A DNA stretch of 64,000 nucleotides from Candidatus Kaiserbacteria bacterium (GCA_016432285.1 CP066682.1:602274-666273), one strand, 5' to 3'. Shown: positions 8,657 to 17,830, counted from the stretch's first letter. The notes: generated from the sequence alone by a model not told the origin. A program made the numbers and translations.

Positions 8657-10048
8657 CTATGTACCTTTCTGGAGCGCCGCGATGCGGGCGCGGTACGTTG
8701 CGAGCGAGAGATTGCCGGGAGCCCCGAGCGATTGTTTGGTTGCTATGTTTTGCAAAAGGTCCACGCTTCCCGGATCCATGTCGGCCGCCTTCTTGTACGC
8801 ATCACGAAAAGGCATCCCCTCTTTTTGCACGAGGTCGTTGGCGATATCGGCGGTAAAAATACCGGAATTGATCTTGGCGCGGATGCTCTCGGGCTTCGGC
8901 GAGATGCCGGCCACAACGACCGTGGCCACCGCGAGACTGTCCTCGGCTATCTTCGTGCTCTCAAAGAGCGGCTTTTTTATGAGCTGTCCGTCTCTGTTGT
9001 AGCCGGAGAGGAGATTCTTCGCGATGTCTTTGACGATCAGCTGATTGCCGATTACGACAGACACGTTGCCGCGCATGATTTCAAGCGGATCGAGATTACG
9101 CTTATGCGGCATGATGCTAGAGCCAGTCGTGAGCGACGGATCGATCGCGAAAAAGTCGAACTCCTGCGAGGTGAAAAGCAGTAGATCGCCCGCAAACTTC
9201 CCGAGCGTGAGCATGACCTGCGCGAGAGCTTCCATGTACATGCTCTCAAATTTGCCGCGACCATTTTGGGCATACAGCGAATTGATCTGCACGGCGGAAA
9301 AGCCGAGCTCCCGCGTCGTGAATTCCCTATCGATCGGAATCGACGTGCCGAAGCCCGCGGCCGTGCCGAGCGGATTTTTATCGATGTGTGCGCGGACTCC
9401 CGCAAGGAAGCTGGCATCGTCGATGAGGCTTTCTGCGTACGCCGCGAAGTAGTGGCCCACGCTTGAGAGCATCGCTTGCTGCGTGTGCGAGTAGCCGGGC
9501 ATGGGCGCGTCTTTGTACTTCTCGGCCGCGTCGACGAATTTCGTGGCGAGCTCAAGCGCCAGCGTTTGTACACGTGCCAGGTGCGCCTTCATGTAGAGCC
9601 GCGTGGCTACGGCAACTTGGTCGTTCCTGCTTCTTCCGGTGTGGATCTTCTTGCCCGCCTCGCCGATTTTCTCGACGAGGTAATTTTCGATCACCGTGTG
9701 GCAATCTTCGTCCTCGGGTGTGATCGAGATAGCGCCTTTCTCTGCATCTTTTTCCAAATCAGAAAGAGCGCTCTCGATTGAAGCAAGCTCATCCTCCGAG
9801 AGTATGCCGATTTTCTGAAGGCCCTTCGCGTGAGCTAGCGACCCCTCTATATCGAAGGGCAAAAGCTCCACATCAAAAATGTAGTCGGTGCCCGCCGTGT
9901 ATTGCTCCACGACAGGATCGATCCGTGTATCTGTTTTTTTCCAAAGCTTAGCATAGTGCGGATAAGTATAACTCTTTATTGCTCCGTTTTTTCGGCAATA
10001 CGCGCTCTTGCCCCAGCCACAATCTCCGGAATGACGGTGGCATCCCAC
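8657..10048 (-). CDS. argH: argininosuccinate lyase (start codon uncertain)
   Basis: HTGRSRNDQVA and GSSIMPHKRN fumarate-lyase signatures; the conserved KLW N-terminus begins near 9955 where no in-frame ATG/GTG/TTG exists, so the ORF-derived start at 10048 is provisional. Confidence 0.85.
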   Translation of the reverse strand: MGCHRHSGDCGWGKSAYCRKNGAIKSYTYPHYAKLWKKTDTRIDPVVEQYTAGTDYIFDVELLPFDIEGSLAHAKGLQKIGILSEDELASIESALSDLEKDAEKGAISITPEDEDCHTVIENYLVEKIGEAGKKIHTGRSRNDQVAVATRLYMKAHLARVQTLALELATKFVDAAEKYKDAPMPGYSHTQQAMLSSVGHYFAAYAESLIDDASFLAGVRAHIDKNPLGTAAGFGTSIPIDREFTTRELGFSAVQINSLYAQNGRGKFESMYMEALAQVMLTLGKFAGDLLLFTSQEFDFFAIDPSLTTGSSIMPHKRNLDPLEIMRGNVSVVIGNQLIVKDIAKNLLSGYNRDGQLIKKPLFESTKIAEDSLAVATVVVAGISPKPESIRAKINSGIFTADIANDLVQKEGMPFRDAYKKAADMDPGSVDLLQNIATKQSLGAPGNLSLATYRARIAALQKGT

Positions 10049-10269
10049 GAGCCCTGGGCGAGCTTCTCCTCGTGGGCCTTGAGTTCTTCTTTCGTATACG
10101 CCCGCTGCACCATATGGAAATCATCCTCTGAACCGCTGAGGGCTTTTTTGAGGACTGGATATTCTATTTTTTTCTTTTCTTGAGTTTCAAAATTCATATG
10201 CGAGAGAAGTTGCAGGGACGGGTAATGAGTACGAATTACTCGTCCCTGCGTTTTTCGATTTTCCGCCAT
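9976..10269 (-). CDS. hypothetical small protein (uncertain)
   Basis: 97-aa ORF between the 67-aa ORF and argH; overlaps the provisional argH 5' end; no clear SD. Confidence 0.3.
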   Translation of the reverse strand: MAENRKTQGRVIRTHYPSLQLLSHMNFETQEKKKIEYPVLKKALSGSEDDFHMVQRAYTKEELKAHEEKLAQGSWDATVIPEIVAGARARIAEKTEQ

Positions 10270-10439
10270 GCTCCCATGAGCTCAAGCTCGAGCATGTCGG
10301 GATTGTGATCTGCGACGCCGTCCAGCCGTTGAAGCTCTTCGATCGTGCAGTGCGAGAGGAGGGTTTCAAGTTTCTCCTGCCGCTCCTTCAGTGCCCTCCG
10401 AAGCGACGGATAACCGTCGATCGGAAACTGAACCGACAT
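10236..10439 (-). CDS. hypothetical small protein (67 aa)
   Basis: Internal Met of the 10236..10487 ORF preceded by AAGGAG 9 nt upstream. Confidence 0.4.
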   Translation of the reverse strand: MSVQFPIDGYPSLRRALKERQEKLETLLSHCTIEELQRLDGVADHNPDMLELELMGAWRKIEKRRDE

Positions 10440-10518
10440 CGTCCATCTCCTTGTCGTTGTCGAGCAGTGCACGGGAGGGGTACGCAATACCTCACCCCTC
10501 CCGCTGCCAATGCCCGAA

Positions 10519-11550
10519 TTAGTTCCAGCAGATCTGTTTCTCAGGATAGCTGTCGATCTCCTGCTTGATCTGCTTCCTCACATTCCAGTAGAGATACTGC
10601 TCAGGCGGCCTCCAGCCGGAAGCCACCGCGCCGCTGAGGTCGTTGGTGAGACACGCTGCCGCACCGCCGCCGTCCCAGAACAAACGTGGGAGATTCAGCG
10701 GATGCACCTTGTAGCCATACTCCTTCAGGACCTTGGAGTAGTAGATCGACAGACCGTTCGGTGCGTACACGTGACCGTCGGGATCTTCCCGAATGTTGGT
10801 CGCGTAGCCGTAGCCATCTTTACTGGACACGCAGTGCAGTTGAGTCTGGCCCCTGTCACTCGTCGTCTCGGCGGAGACGAATTCCAGAAGTTGCTCGTAC
10901 GCGACGTCAGGATCCCAACCGCTGCCGTCTGCTTCCGCGAATGCGGAGCGGCAGACCACAACCAGCGGATCTCGAGTGGATAGCGACGCGAGAAGCGTAT
11001 CGAGATGAATGTGAGGCTCTTTCATCTTGATACGAACGACTGCGTGAGGATCGAGACCGAAGAGGTCGATGATCTCGTCGCAGGACGCTTCTTCGGCACG
11101 AACGCCATAGCCGAGAATGGCGAACGTCTTCTGCGGCGAGTGCCGCATGCACGACGATCCTTCCCACTTGCTCTTCGTTGAACCGGCGACCTTCAGACGA
11201 AGCTTCTTCTGAAGGAAGTGGCCGACGTATTCCGATTCATCGTGCCGGTGCGGGGCGCTATGGTTGGACAGCACGAAAGCTTTGAGCTTATCCGACCACG
11301 CGCCAGCATCCGCGGTATAGAGCTTGTCGAATGTCGTTTGCGGCTTTCTGCCGCAGGGCATGATGGCAAGATTTGCCTTGGAGGAGAGCTGATCGGCTGC
11401 GCCGAGCCACTCGTATCCTGCCTCACGAGGATTTGTGCCTCCGCGAAAGTTGTTGGCAACTACGCCGTATTCGGTGCCGTCCGCACGCCAACAATGTGGC
11501 GTGGGCGACATCAGGTAGGTAGGTCGCCTTGGATCGAATTTCTGTTTCAT
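10519..11550 (-). CDS. guanidino-group modifying enzyme superfamily hydrolase (agmatine deiminase / N-succinylarginine dihydrolase-like)
   Basis: 344 aa from Met with GAGG SD; HLDT motif and C-terminal FWDGGGAAACLTND resembling the GGGxxC catalytic-cysteine motif of AguA/PAD and especially GGGPACL of AstB. Confidence 0.6.
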   Translation of the reverse strand: MKQKFDPRRPTYLMSPTPHCWRADGTEYGVVANNFRGGTNPREAGYEWLGAADQLSSKANLAIMPCGRKPQTTFDKLYTADAGAWSDKLKAFVLSNHSAPHRHDESEYVGHFLQKKLRLKVAGSTKSKWEGSSCMRHSPQKTFAILGYGVRAEEASCDEIIDLFGLDPHAVVRIKMKEPHIHLDTLLASLSTRDPLVVVCRSAFAEADGSGWDPDVAYEQLLEFVSAETTSDRGQTQLHCVSSKDGYGYATNIREDPDGHVYAPNGLSIYYSKVLKEYGYKVHPLNLPRLFWDGGGAAACLTNDLSGAVASGWRPPEQYLYWNVRKQIKQEIDSYPEKQICWN

Positions 11551-11783
11551 TGCTGGCCTCTGCTTCTTGCGATGGTTGTTGGTGAATCCCGTCTGCCGTC
11601 CCGGCAAGGCGAGACAGTGGATCACGGTCCGTTGATTTCGGGCACTGTTTTGGTTGTACTCAAAGATCTTTTCACGGTCTCCTTCGTTGAGGCCGCTTTT
11701 GGAATGTTTGCGAACAAACGCTCTAAAGCAGTCTCAACAGAACTGCTTGTCGTCGAACCGAAAGACGTGCGAGAGTCGTCATA

Positions 11784-13049
11784 CTATTTTTTGCGCCTAT
11801 TTTTGCGTGCTATCTCATTTGCGATTTTCATCTGGAGCGTCGCCACTTCGATGAAGCCAGCCGACGCATTGACGTTGTACTTGTAGCCCTCCTTCACATT
11901 GAACGAAGCGTGGCCGAGCGCGTACGGCGAGTCGATCGCGACGACATTCGTGCTGCCCTTGAAAAGCTCCACTGTCACCTCCCCCTCCACCTTGGAGTTG
12001 ACCTCGTCGTTGAAGGCATTGATCGCATCCATGGCCGGGTCGTACCACTTGGCGCCGTAACAGAAGTAGCCCCACTTCACGTCGAGCTGCGATTTCACTT
12101 CGTTGAGATCGCGCGTGGATACGGCGCGCTCCAGCGCGCGGTGCGCCTCGATGATGATATGCGCGCCCGGCTGCTCGTACACGCCGCGGTCCTTGAGTCC
12201 AATCATGCGATCCTCGATCATGTAGACCACGCCGACGCCGTGCGCGCCGCCCGCGATATTGAGCTTCCTGATGATCTCGTGCAGCTCCATTTTTTTGCCG
12301 CCGAGCGAGACCGGCACGCCGCCTTTGAACTGGATTTTGACCAACGTCGATTTCGAAGGCGCGTTTTCTGGGCGCGTGTAGGTCGTGAGAAATTTCTTGA
12401 CCTGCGGGATCGACTTCGGGTTCTCCACCTCGCCGCCCTCCCACGTCATGCCCCACATATTGTCGTCCACCGAGTACGGGAAATCCTTTTTGACCGGCAC
12501 CGGGATCTTGTGCTTCAGGGCGTACGCGATCTCCTCCTTGCGGTCCATGTTCCACTCGCGCACGGGCGCAATGATTTTCATCGAGCTGTCGAGTGCGAGC
12601 ACGTAGCCGTCGAAGCGCACCTGGTCGTTGCCCTTCCCGGTACAGCCGTGAGCGATCACCTTGATGCCCTTCTGCTGCGCCACGCGCACACCTACCTTTG
12701 CGGTGAGCGCGCGCCCCAAGGGCGTGGAGAGGTGGTACTCGCCCTGATACGAGGCGTTGGCCTTGATGCCCTTGGCGATAAATTCGTCGGCAAATTCTTT
12801 CTTGGCGTCGTAGACGATCGCGTCCGCCGCGCCGAGTTTCAGCGCCTTCTTCCGGATGAAATCGAGGTCGTCCTGCTGCTGGCCGATGTCGAGCGTGAGG
12901 GCCGTCACCTTGGCACCGTAGCGATCTTGGAGCCACTTCAGCATCACCGAAGTGTCGAGACCGCCCGAATACAAAAGCAGCACCTTGTCGACATGGTCTT
13001 CCTTGACCTCGTACGAGGTTACTTTTTGATATGTCTGTGTTTTGTCCAT
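11784..13049 (-). CDS. argG: argininosuccinate synthase
   Basis: 421 aa from MDKTQ; LYSGGLDTSV PP-loop and type-1 ArgG body; ORF track extends upstream but the conserved N-terminus starts at 13049. Confidence 0.9.
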   Translation of the reverse strand: MDKTQTYQKVTSYEVKEDHVDKVLLLYSGGLDTSVMLKWLQDRYGAKVTALTLDIGQQQDDLDFIRKKALKLGAADAIVYDAKKEFADEFIAKGIKANASYQGEYHLSTPLGRALTAKVGVRVAQQKGIKVIAHGCTGKGNDQVRFDGYVLALDSSMKIIAPVREWNMDRKEEIAYALKHKIPVPVKKDFPYSVDDNMWGMTWEGGEVENPKSIPQVKKFLTTYTRPENAPSKSTLVKIQFKGGVPVSLGGKKMELHEIIRKLNIAGGAHGVGVVYMIEDRMIGLKDRGVYEQPGAHIIIEAHRALERAVSTRDLNEVKSQLDVKWGYFCYGAKWYDPAMDAINAFNDEVNSKVEGEVTVELFKGSTNVVAIDSPYALGHASFNVKEGYKYNVNASAGFIEVATLQMKIANEIARKNRRKK

Positions 13050-13095
13050 AATGATTTCTCGATTCGCACTACTGTACACAAATTTAGGAGGGTGA

Positions 13096-13140
13096 GAAGG
13101 GGGCGATGGGGATCGAACCGCTATGGTTGTCGCCCCCTTC
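13096..13140 (-). other. tRNA-like minihelix (acceptor-like 8-bp stem plus GGTTCGATCCCC T-arm-like loop) in the argG 5' region
   Basis: minus strand GAAGGGGGCGA-caaccatagcGGTTCGATCCCCa-TCGCCCCCTTC; no D or anticodon arms. Confidence 0.3.
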
Positions 13141-13160
13141 TCCGCGAGCTTCAGGCTTTC

Positions 13161-13329
13161 GCCTTCAGCCCGCATTCTCGACGAGTTTCTGGCCGAACTT
13201 GGCCTTCTCGACTTCCGAGGGCTTGAGCTTCGCGAACACATCGCGAACCGCATCCCCGAGATTCTTGTTGTCCGGATCAACGCGGACGCGTTGATCATGG
13301 ACAGTGAAGTCGTTCTTTGCTTCCGCCAT
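13161..13329 (-). CDS. hypothetical 55-aa protein (below ORF-track cutoff)
   Basis: ATG preceded by AGAGGAG SD at optimal spacing; sequence MAEAKNDFTVHDQRVRVDPDNKNLGDAVRDVFAKLKPSEVEKAKFGQKLVENAG. Confidence 0.4.
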
Positions 13330-13411
13330 TGCCTGCTCCTCTCTCGTTTAGACGTGGCTCACAGCGAACGAGTATTCGCTCCGAGCCGCGCCCAAACCTT
13401 TGTGTGCAAAG

Positions 13412-13447
13412 AACAACCGGCCTTGAGGCCGGTTGTTTGAGTTTATG
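13412..13447. terminator. strong hairpin (AACAACCGGCC-ttga-GGCCGGTTGTT) with U-rich tail on + strand
   Basis: perfect 11-bp stem; function unclear (5' UTR structure of the 55-aa ORF or + strand terminator). Confidence 0.35.
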
Positions 13448-13590
13448 GAGAGATAAACGCAAGCAAGCAGCCTCAAAGGGAGCCGGCTCGTCGTCGGAGT
13501 TGAATCGCCGATATAAGGTTGGCAATCCGAGTCATGCGGACACTTTACACTTCGCCACAATTTCGTCAAGGGATATGTCCGCCTGGGGTG

Positions 13591-13627
13591 CACAAACAGT
13601 CCGACCCAACGCGCAGCGTAGGGTCGG
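13591..13627 (-). terminator. probable terminator of the 277-aa gene
   Basis: CCGACCC-13nt-GGGTCGG followed on minus strand by ACTGTTTGTG. Confidence 0.4.
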
Positions 13628-13655
13628 TAAGTATTTTCACGTCATAGGTGAACTA

Positions 13656-14489
13656 TTATGGAACTTTTTTCAGAACGATGAACCACTCCCAAACGCGCGA
13701 CCCACCCCCTGGCACGGGACGGATAAAAACGTGGCACTCGCCGTAGCGAGGGATGAAGTAGACCACGCTCGGGAAGAATCCCTGCGTGTTCAGTTGTCCT
13801 GCAAGTACGCACGGGCCCAGATTGTCCACGATCGGACTCTTGAGGACCATGAGCACATCAAGACCTTCTTTCGGTGTCGCAACTTCGGCGCTTCTTTCCG
13901 AGCACCATTTCAGGAGTTCGTCTCGGGATAATCGCCGCCGAAAACGTACTGCCGTAGCCGTGAAGCGTTGTGTGCCTTTCCGATGATCTGGGAACTCGAT
14001 ATCAAAAGCCGACTCGGGGTCTCCCAGAATGAGTCGCAAGCGCTCTATCCGCTTAAGTTTCGAGGAGATCGATTCATCGTAGTCGATCACGTACTCCCCG
14101 AGTGCGATCTCAATGGGCGGACCGGGCTCGTTCAGCAGATCCATATATTCAGACTGAAGTAGGTTGCCGTCGTCGTCGTATGAGAGATCGAACCTCTTGC
14201 GGCATGATTTGCACACTGCATGCACCTCAGTGCTGACCGAGTCCGCATGAAAACGGAACTCGAACGGATGCGTGAACAAGAGCGCACGATCATTAGCCCG
14301 TCGACATGTCTTGAAGTGCTCTTTTGCAAGTTTTTCGAGCACAGTCATTTGTATCGCGTCGACGTGGAAGGTTTGCGGTTGCTTCCAGCCATGATTCGCC
14401 TCGGAGCCAAGTTGCTGAAAGGCGCGGTCCAGAGGGTCATGTTGGCCTTTTAGCGTGTATACATTGTCTTCAGTGCCATTCTCGGTCAT
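13656..14489 (-). CDS. hypothetical protein (277 aa) with Cys/His cluster
   Basis: HxxCKSCRKRF and KTCRR motifs suggest a possible metal site; no family recognised. Confidence 0.55.
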   Translation of the reverse strand: MTENGTEDNVYTLKGQHDPLDRAFQQLGSEANHGWKQPQTFHVDAIQMTVLEKLAKEHFKTCRRANDRALLFTHPFEFRFHADSVSTEVHAVCKSCRKRFDLSYDDDGNLLQSEYMDLLNEPGPPIEIALGEYVIDYDESISSKLKRIERLRLILGDPESAFDIEFPDHRKGTQRFTATAVRFRRRLSRDELLKWCSERSAEVATPKEGLDVLMVLKSPIVDNLGPCVLAGQLNTQGFFPSVVYFIPRYGECHVFIRPVPGGGSRVWEWFIVLKKVP

Positions 14490-14722
14490 CTTCGTTCTCC
14501 ATATTGTCGCTTAGCTCAGCGACCCTTCGAAAGTCTAGTACAGAAAGACCGGCATCGAAAGGACCGAGCAGACGTGCTTCAAGAGACCAGCCCTCCCATT
14601 GGCAAAAAAATGTGCTGGACGGGGGCTTCATTAACGCGGTATGCTCATTCTTGGCCGTGCTGTTCTTTGTCATCAAGGAAGAGCGCAGCCACACCCAAAC
14701 TCACACGAAAGGAGTACAGACC

Positions 14723-15823
14723 ATGAAGGTCTGGAACGCTACCGAAAAGAGCGCCTCCCGGCAAGCGATTGCTGCCCTGGAGGGCGGAATTGGAATCTCG
14801 ACCGTCATGCAGGTTGATGGTGACGGGGGCTTTCGCATGTCACAGAATGGCCCCGGTATCTTCGAAATCACCTGCGAATCCACGTTGCCTCCGCTCGTTC
14901 TGACCGGCGGCATCCATGGCGACGAGAAGGCGGGGATCTCGATTCTCGACAGCCTGATCGACGACATCGTCAGCGGCAATCAGCGCGTCAAGCGCAGCGT
15001 GCTGCTGATGTTCGGAAATCTCCGTGCGATGCAGACCAACGGCTTCAAGGGTTGTCGCTGCATCGAAGACGAGGTCGGCGAGACCTCCAACCTCAATCGC
15101 TGCTTCGGCAGGGGCTACTTCGAAACCCCGCGCTGCTACGGCGAGCATCGGGCCAACGAAATGATGCGTGCTGTTGAAGACTTTGCGGACACCCATGGGT
15201 GCCCCGAAGTCATCGACATCCACCAGAGCTTCGCGGTGCCCACGCTTCGTGATGTGCGCGGCGGCGTCGCCGACCGGAGCGATTACACGTACGCAATGCT
15301 CTACCCGGTCGAGGACGATCTCGCGTCTGCTCTTGGCTGGATCCATGAGCAGTACAGCGACATCGTCGCAGGCGCCGTGGTCAACGACATGCAGCTCCGG
15401 CACCATACGTTTGCCGGCTACATGGCGTCGACATTCGGCTCTCGGGCGGCGACCTTCGAGCAGGGCAACATCGGGTACGTTGATCACTCGACGTTTACCC
15501 CCCAGCTCGAAGACAACCTCTCTCGCAAGATTGCGGGCGAGACGAAGCTCGACAAGATGGAAGGCTTCGACGTGTGGAGGTATCTTCGTCAAATCCGCAA
15601 GGAGACGAAGGACTTCACCTTCATCGACGACGAGGGCAACCGCACCAACGCCCCCCTCGACTTCCTTCCGTTGCCGGCCGGTCGCATCGCGCGGGACGGC
15701 CACCGGGAGCACGAGCTTCGGATGGGCGAGAGACTGCTCTTCGCCAACTCGACGGTCCCGATCGGGGACCGCGCGGCGGCAGTCATCGAACGGCTGCACA
15801 CGGACCTCGTGCCCGCTCCTTGA
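14723..15823 (+). CDS. succinylglutamate desuccinylase/aspartoacylase (AstE/AspA) family zinc hydrolase
   Basis: LTGGIHGDExAG signature (GxHGNE zinc-ligand motif variant); AAGGAG SD 9 nt upstream of MKVWN. Confidence 0.7.
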   Translation: MKVWNATEKSASRQAIAALEGGIGISTVMQVDGDGGFRMSQNGPGIFEITCESTLPPLVLTGGIHGDEKAGISILDSLIDDIVSGNQRVKRSVLLMFGNLRAMQTNGFKGCRCIEDEVGETSNLNRCFGRGYFETPRCYGEHRANEMMRAVEDFADTHGCPEVIDIHQSFAVPTLRDVRGGVADRSDYTYAMLYPVEDDLASALGWIHEQYSDIVAGAVVNDMQLRHHTFAGYMASTFGSRAATFEQGNIGYVDHSTFTPQLEDNLSRKIAGETKLDKMEGFDVWRYLRQIRKETKDFTFIDDEGNRTNAPLDFLPLPAGRIARDGHREHELRMGERLLFANSTVPIGDRAAAVIERLHTDLVPAP

Positions 15824-15936
15824 TAACAGCACGAGACAAAGACTTCGCAGCGCGGAGGGTGAAATATCTCTCCGCCTGTTTTTTTGAGTTGAATATCCAA
15901 AAAAGGAAAGGCCCGCGCGTACGCGGGCCCCGTGCC

Positions 15937-16707
15937 TCACTTTTTCTTTCGCGAGGCTTTTTCTTTAATGCCGGATTTCCCCTGCCGCTTTAAGAGTTCC
16001 GTCTCGACCATCGAGAGCGAGAGGCCGCTCGCGATGAGAAGAACCAGCAGGTGGTAGAGGAGATCAGCCGATTCGGCAATCAGCCGATCGGAAGTCTCGT
16101 GCGAAGCGGCCGCCATCACCTCCATGCCTTCCTCGCCTACCTTCTTCGCACAGTGCCTCACGCCCTTCGCGAGCAGTTGGCACGTGTACGATTCTTTAGA
16201 CGAGGTCTTCGCGCGCTTGCGGAGACGATGCTCGAGTTGCGAGAGATCCCACGTGACGTAGCCCCCGTTCTGCGGCGGCCCCAGTCGCGCGAGTCTCATA
16301 AACTTCTCGTTCACCTCCGCATTCACCGTCTGAAGCGCTTCCGCCTCGCCGGCTTTCGGCGCAGGAATGCCAAGATCGCGCCGGAGTGCCGAGCGATAGA
16401 AGCATGTCCGAGCGCCAGTGTGGCAGGCCACCCCTTCGCCTTTTTGCACGACGATATACACGACAGCGTCGCCATCGCAATCGATTTTGACGTCGATCAC
16501 CTCCATGACGTTGCCGCTTTCTTCCCCCTTCATCCAGATCTTCTTTCTCGAAGTAGAGAAGAAGTGGGCCTTGCCGGTCGCGAGCGTGAGGAGATATGCG
16601 ACCCGATCGACGTAAGCGATCATGAGGATTTCCTTCGTGATGCCATCCTGCACCGCCGCGGGTATGATTCCTCCTCGTTTCTCGAACTTTGGCATGTAGA
16701 TTTTCAT
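15937..16707 (-). CDS. hisIE: bifunctional phosphoribosyl-AMP cyclohydrolase / phosphoribosyl-ATP pyrophosphatase
   Basis: 256 aa; HisI body (DCDGDAVVY, GxACHTG) fused to HisE C-terminal region. Confidence 0.85.
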   Translation of the reverse strand: MKIYMPKFEKRGGIIPAAVQDGITKEILMIAYVDRVAYLLTLATGKAHFFSTSRKKIWMKGEESGNVMEVIDVKIDCDGDAVVYIVVQKGEGVACHTGARTCFYRSALRRDLGIPAPKAGEAEALQTVNAEVNEKFMRLARLGPPQNGGYVTWDLSQLEHRLRKRAKTSSKESYTCQLLAKGVRHCAKKVGEEGMEVMAAASHETSDRLIAESADLLYHLLVLLIASGLSLSMVETELLKRQGKSGIKEKASRKKK

Positions 16708-16788
16708 GGGATTCCTCCGTGTGGCTTCCGAGACGACGTCTCGGCAGCTCGGTGAGTGGTGTCCAGCGGGGAGAGTCCCCGCCGGATA

Positions 16789-17696
16789 TCAGATGATGGA
16801 ATGCGCATCCAGCTCGACGATGCCCGTTGCTCCAGCCTTCAAAAGCCGGAGCTTCAGAGCGGCGAGCCCTTCGAGCGGAACCACCGACGAGACGGCGTAA
16901 TCGCCGTTCGCCAAGCTCTGCATGGTGGGGCTCTCGATCGAGGGCAGGATCCGCACAATCTCGTCCAGCTTCTCACTCGGGACGTTCATCGTGAGGTAGC
17001 GCTTGTCGCGCGCCTCGATGGCCCCGAGCAGCAGCTTCGCGAGAAAGTCGACCGCCTCTTTCGCCTCCGGATTCGCGTACATCGCCCTATTGGCGATGAG
17101 AACGGTTTCAGACCGGAAGACAGTCGCAAGCTCCACGAGTCCGTTGACCTTGAGACTCGTCCCAGTTTCCACGAGCACGAGGCAGTAGTCGTACACGCCC
17201 GCAGCGACGAGCGATTCTGCACCGCCCGCGCACTTCAGGATCTTCGCCTTGATGCCCTGCTTCCGGCACCAGCGGCGCGCCGCTTTCGGATATTCGGCGA
17301 GAATGGTTTTCCCGCCGCGCCGCAAATCCTTGAGCGAAGGGCCGTTTCGTCTTCCGACGATCACGCCGCGGGTTCCGCCGTTGCTTGCCTTGCTGTATGC
17401 GAGGTTCGCAACGATCTTGAGGGACTTCCGTAATCCAGACTCGATGACTTGATCGAGCCCGGTGATCGCGGCGAGGATCACGCCGCTCTGCACATGCTCC
17501 GGTATCTCCGATGCCTTGAGCCGGAGGCACTGATCGAAGCCCGGCAGATCCTTGAACGTGCCGATGCAGGAGCGTGGATGAGAAAACTTCGGCCGGATGT
17601 TTGCTTTGCCGAAGATGTCCGTCGTCGGCTCCTCGATATTCTTGCCGCTCGGCCACCCGAATGTGCGCTTGGGATTGAGACGATTTCGCTTGGCCA
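16789..17696 (-). CDS. hisG: ATP phosphoribosyltransferase, long form
   Basis: LVETGTSLKVNGL catalytic motif plus C-terminal regulatory domain; AGAGGAGG SD before internal Met at 17696. Confidence 0.85.
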
Positions 17697-17774
17697 TGGG
17701 TATGACCTCCTCTTTTGTGTCGCGTGCGTGCGCGATCGATGTGAATGTGCACTCTCGCAAGCCTCGGGTTTACG

Positions 17775-17798
17775 CAAAAACCCCCTCGCGAGAGGGGG
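17775..17798 (-). terminator. rho-independent terminator of the TrpR-like gene
   Basis: CCCCCTCTCGCGAGGGGG followed by TTTTT on minus strand. Confidence 0.7.
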
Positions 17799-17830
17799 CT
17801 GGTTTGAAAAATGATGCAGACACTATCAAC

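Noticed and set aside
11910-13226. 438-aa plus-strand ORF, and similar long antisense ORFs at 14840-15940 and 54927-56201
   Set aside because: They are antisense to argG, the AstE-like gene and infB respectively. Their His/Arg/Asp-rich composition lacks any motif.
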